Translations under genes and position numbers: made by a program | Assembly (NCBI GenBank): GCA_964016885.1 | Contig: OZ024743.1 | Coordinates: 189,286,001-189,350,000 of the forward strand | Source: Eledone cirrhosa | Lineage: Eukaryota | DNA: 64,000 bases | Direction: 5' to 3' | Notes under the pieces: generated by a model | The model's database searches: none | The model's input: the letters and a program-made list of their open reading frames with translations, nothing else | Told to the model about the DNA's origin: nothing | Shown: positions 62,314 through 64,000 of the stretch, piece after piece | Numbering within the stretch: position 1 is the stretch's first letter | How the letters are laid out: each line of letters opens with the position of its first letter

Positions 62314-62890
62314 CATACACACATACAAACACACACACACATATATACACATACACACACATATATATACACACACACACACACATATATATATACACAC
62401 ATACGCATACATCCAGATACACACATATATATATATATATATATATACACACACCCACACATATATATACATACACACATACAAACACACACACACACAC
62501 ACATATATATATACACATACACACACATATATATACGCACACACATAAAATAAACACACACATAAAATAACCCACACTCCCAAATAACTTCTCATTCACT
62601 ACCAGAAAGGCACACAGCAGTCAACATGTTGCTACCAAGATGAAAACTACTATGAAATCCCAAAATGAATTTTATACTTGAATTTTCAAATCTCAAATTT
62701 TAACTCTTCGTATTATTAATTTTTCTTAATATTAATCAACATTTGAAAAGATGGCTTTTGCAGACCCATCGAAACCGGTCATTTTTTATATCCTTTATTA
62801 TTTCCTTACCTTATAAAATTATGTTTTTTCACAAAAAAGTATTCTGTCTCTTATATATTCCATGTGCCATTACCAACCTCAATTTTCTCT
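61624..62890. repeat. About 330-bp inverted repeats (61624-61953 and 62562-62890), each with a U3/A8-variant HHR (61731-61778 on -, 62738-62785 on +)
   Basis: aacau-UUGAAAA-gaugg cuuuugcagac ccauc-GAAA-ccgg-UC-auuuu; palindromic stem III ACCGGU and GUC cleavage triplet. Confidence 0.7.
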
Positions 62891-62961
62891 ATAACCTACG
62901 TTTTGTGTAGAAAATTACACTTTTCATATATATATATATATAATAAATATATATATATATA

Positions 62962-63042
<81 letters not shown>

Positions 63043-63044
<2 letters not shown>

Positions 63045-63233
63045 AGATCAAAAGATGGTTAAAAAAAGTTCCATGTATTTTATTATGCGCATTTCAAAAA
63101 CAAATATCATCATGCAATAACATTTGCGTTTTCGTCAGATAAAATAGGGACACAAATGTTATTGCATGATGATATTTGTTTTTGAAATGCGCATAATAAA
63201 ATACATGGAACTCATTTAATCATCTTTTGATCT

Positions 63234-63237
<4 letters not shown>
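63043..63237. repeat. Short asymmetric fold-back with HHR on - (63076-63146, CUGACGA core)
   Basis: Same family as 63590-63915. The right arm lacks the CUGANGA box. A further fragment is at 49920-49971. Confidence 0.75.
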
Positions 63238-63312
<75 letters not shown>

Positions 63313-63346
63313 ATATTTATAGTATATATATATATTATATATATAG

Positions 63347-63384
<38 letters not shown>

Positions 63385-63401
63385 TACATATTATATATAT
63401 A

Positions 63402-63443
<42 letters not shown>

Positions 63444-63522
63444 TATATATATATTATATATATAGTATATATATATTTATATATATATTATATATATAGT
63501 ATATATATATATTATATATATA

Positions 63523-63589
<67 letters not shown>

Positions 63590-63592
<3 letters not shown>

Positions 63593-63915
63593 TAAGATCA
63601 AAAGATGATTAAATGAGTTCCATGTATTTTATTATGCGCATTTCAAAAACAAATATCATCATGCAATAACATTTGTGTTTTCATCAGATAAAATAGGAGG
63701 ACATGATATGAAGGTTAAAAACACTTGTGGATAGTGCCGTTTTAAATCATATGTTGATTTAAAACTGCACAACCCACAAGTGTTTTTAACCTTCATATCA
63801 TGTCCTCCTATTTTATCTGATGAAAACACAAATGTTATTGCATGATGATATTTGTTTTTGAAATGCGCATAATAAAATACATGGAACTTATTTAACCATC
63901 TTTTGATCTTATATA
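63590..63915. repeat. Fold-back element (centre about 63752) with a canonical minimal HHR on each strand (63625-63695 on -, 63809-63879 on +)
   Basis: uauuuuau-CUGAUGA-aaacacaaauguuauu gcau gaugauauuuguuuuu-GAAA-ugcgca-UA-auaaaaua. 8-bp stem I, long stem II, palindromic stem III AUGCGCAU. Confidence 0.85.
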
Positions 63916-64000
63916 TTATGTATACTCCAGTCCTACAAACTGTAGAGTGCTTCTTATCCGATATCTCCATTGCTTTATTGTACTACAATAAAACTCACCT

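Overview
This is eukaryotic, extremely AT-rich repetitive DNA with no recognisable host gene. It is most likely an animal genome, probably a cephalopod such as Octopus; that is inferred from CORE-type tRNA SINEs, the (TA)n/(CA)n density and the retroelement mix. Almost all ORFs in the supplied track (poly-IY/YI/CV/HT) are microsatellite artefacts. Real coding signal comes from about nine Penelope-like element (PLE; RT + GIY-YIG) copies from several families, three RTE-type LINE remnants and one CR1-group LINE, all apparently decayed or truncated and nested in (TA)n tracts. The main hidden signal is RNA structure: I folded about 30 type I hammerhead ribozyme (HHR) or HHR-like motifs by eye, from about ten sequence families. 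They include (i) a non-coding array of near-identical 310-bp units with one minimal HHR per unit (retrozyme-like, predicted 310-nt circular RNA), (ii) non-coding fold-back elements with an HHR on each strand, and (iii) PLE pseudo-LTR HHRs with family-fixed non-canonical cores (UUGAAAA, CAGAAGA, CCGAAGA). About 15 inversion junctions are also present. All folds and alignments are manual, and repeat boundaries are approximate to a few bp.
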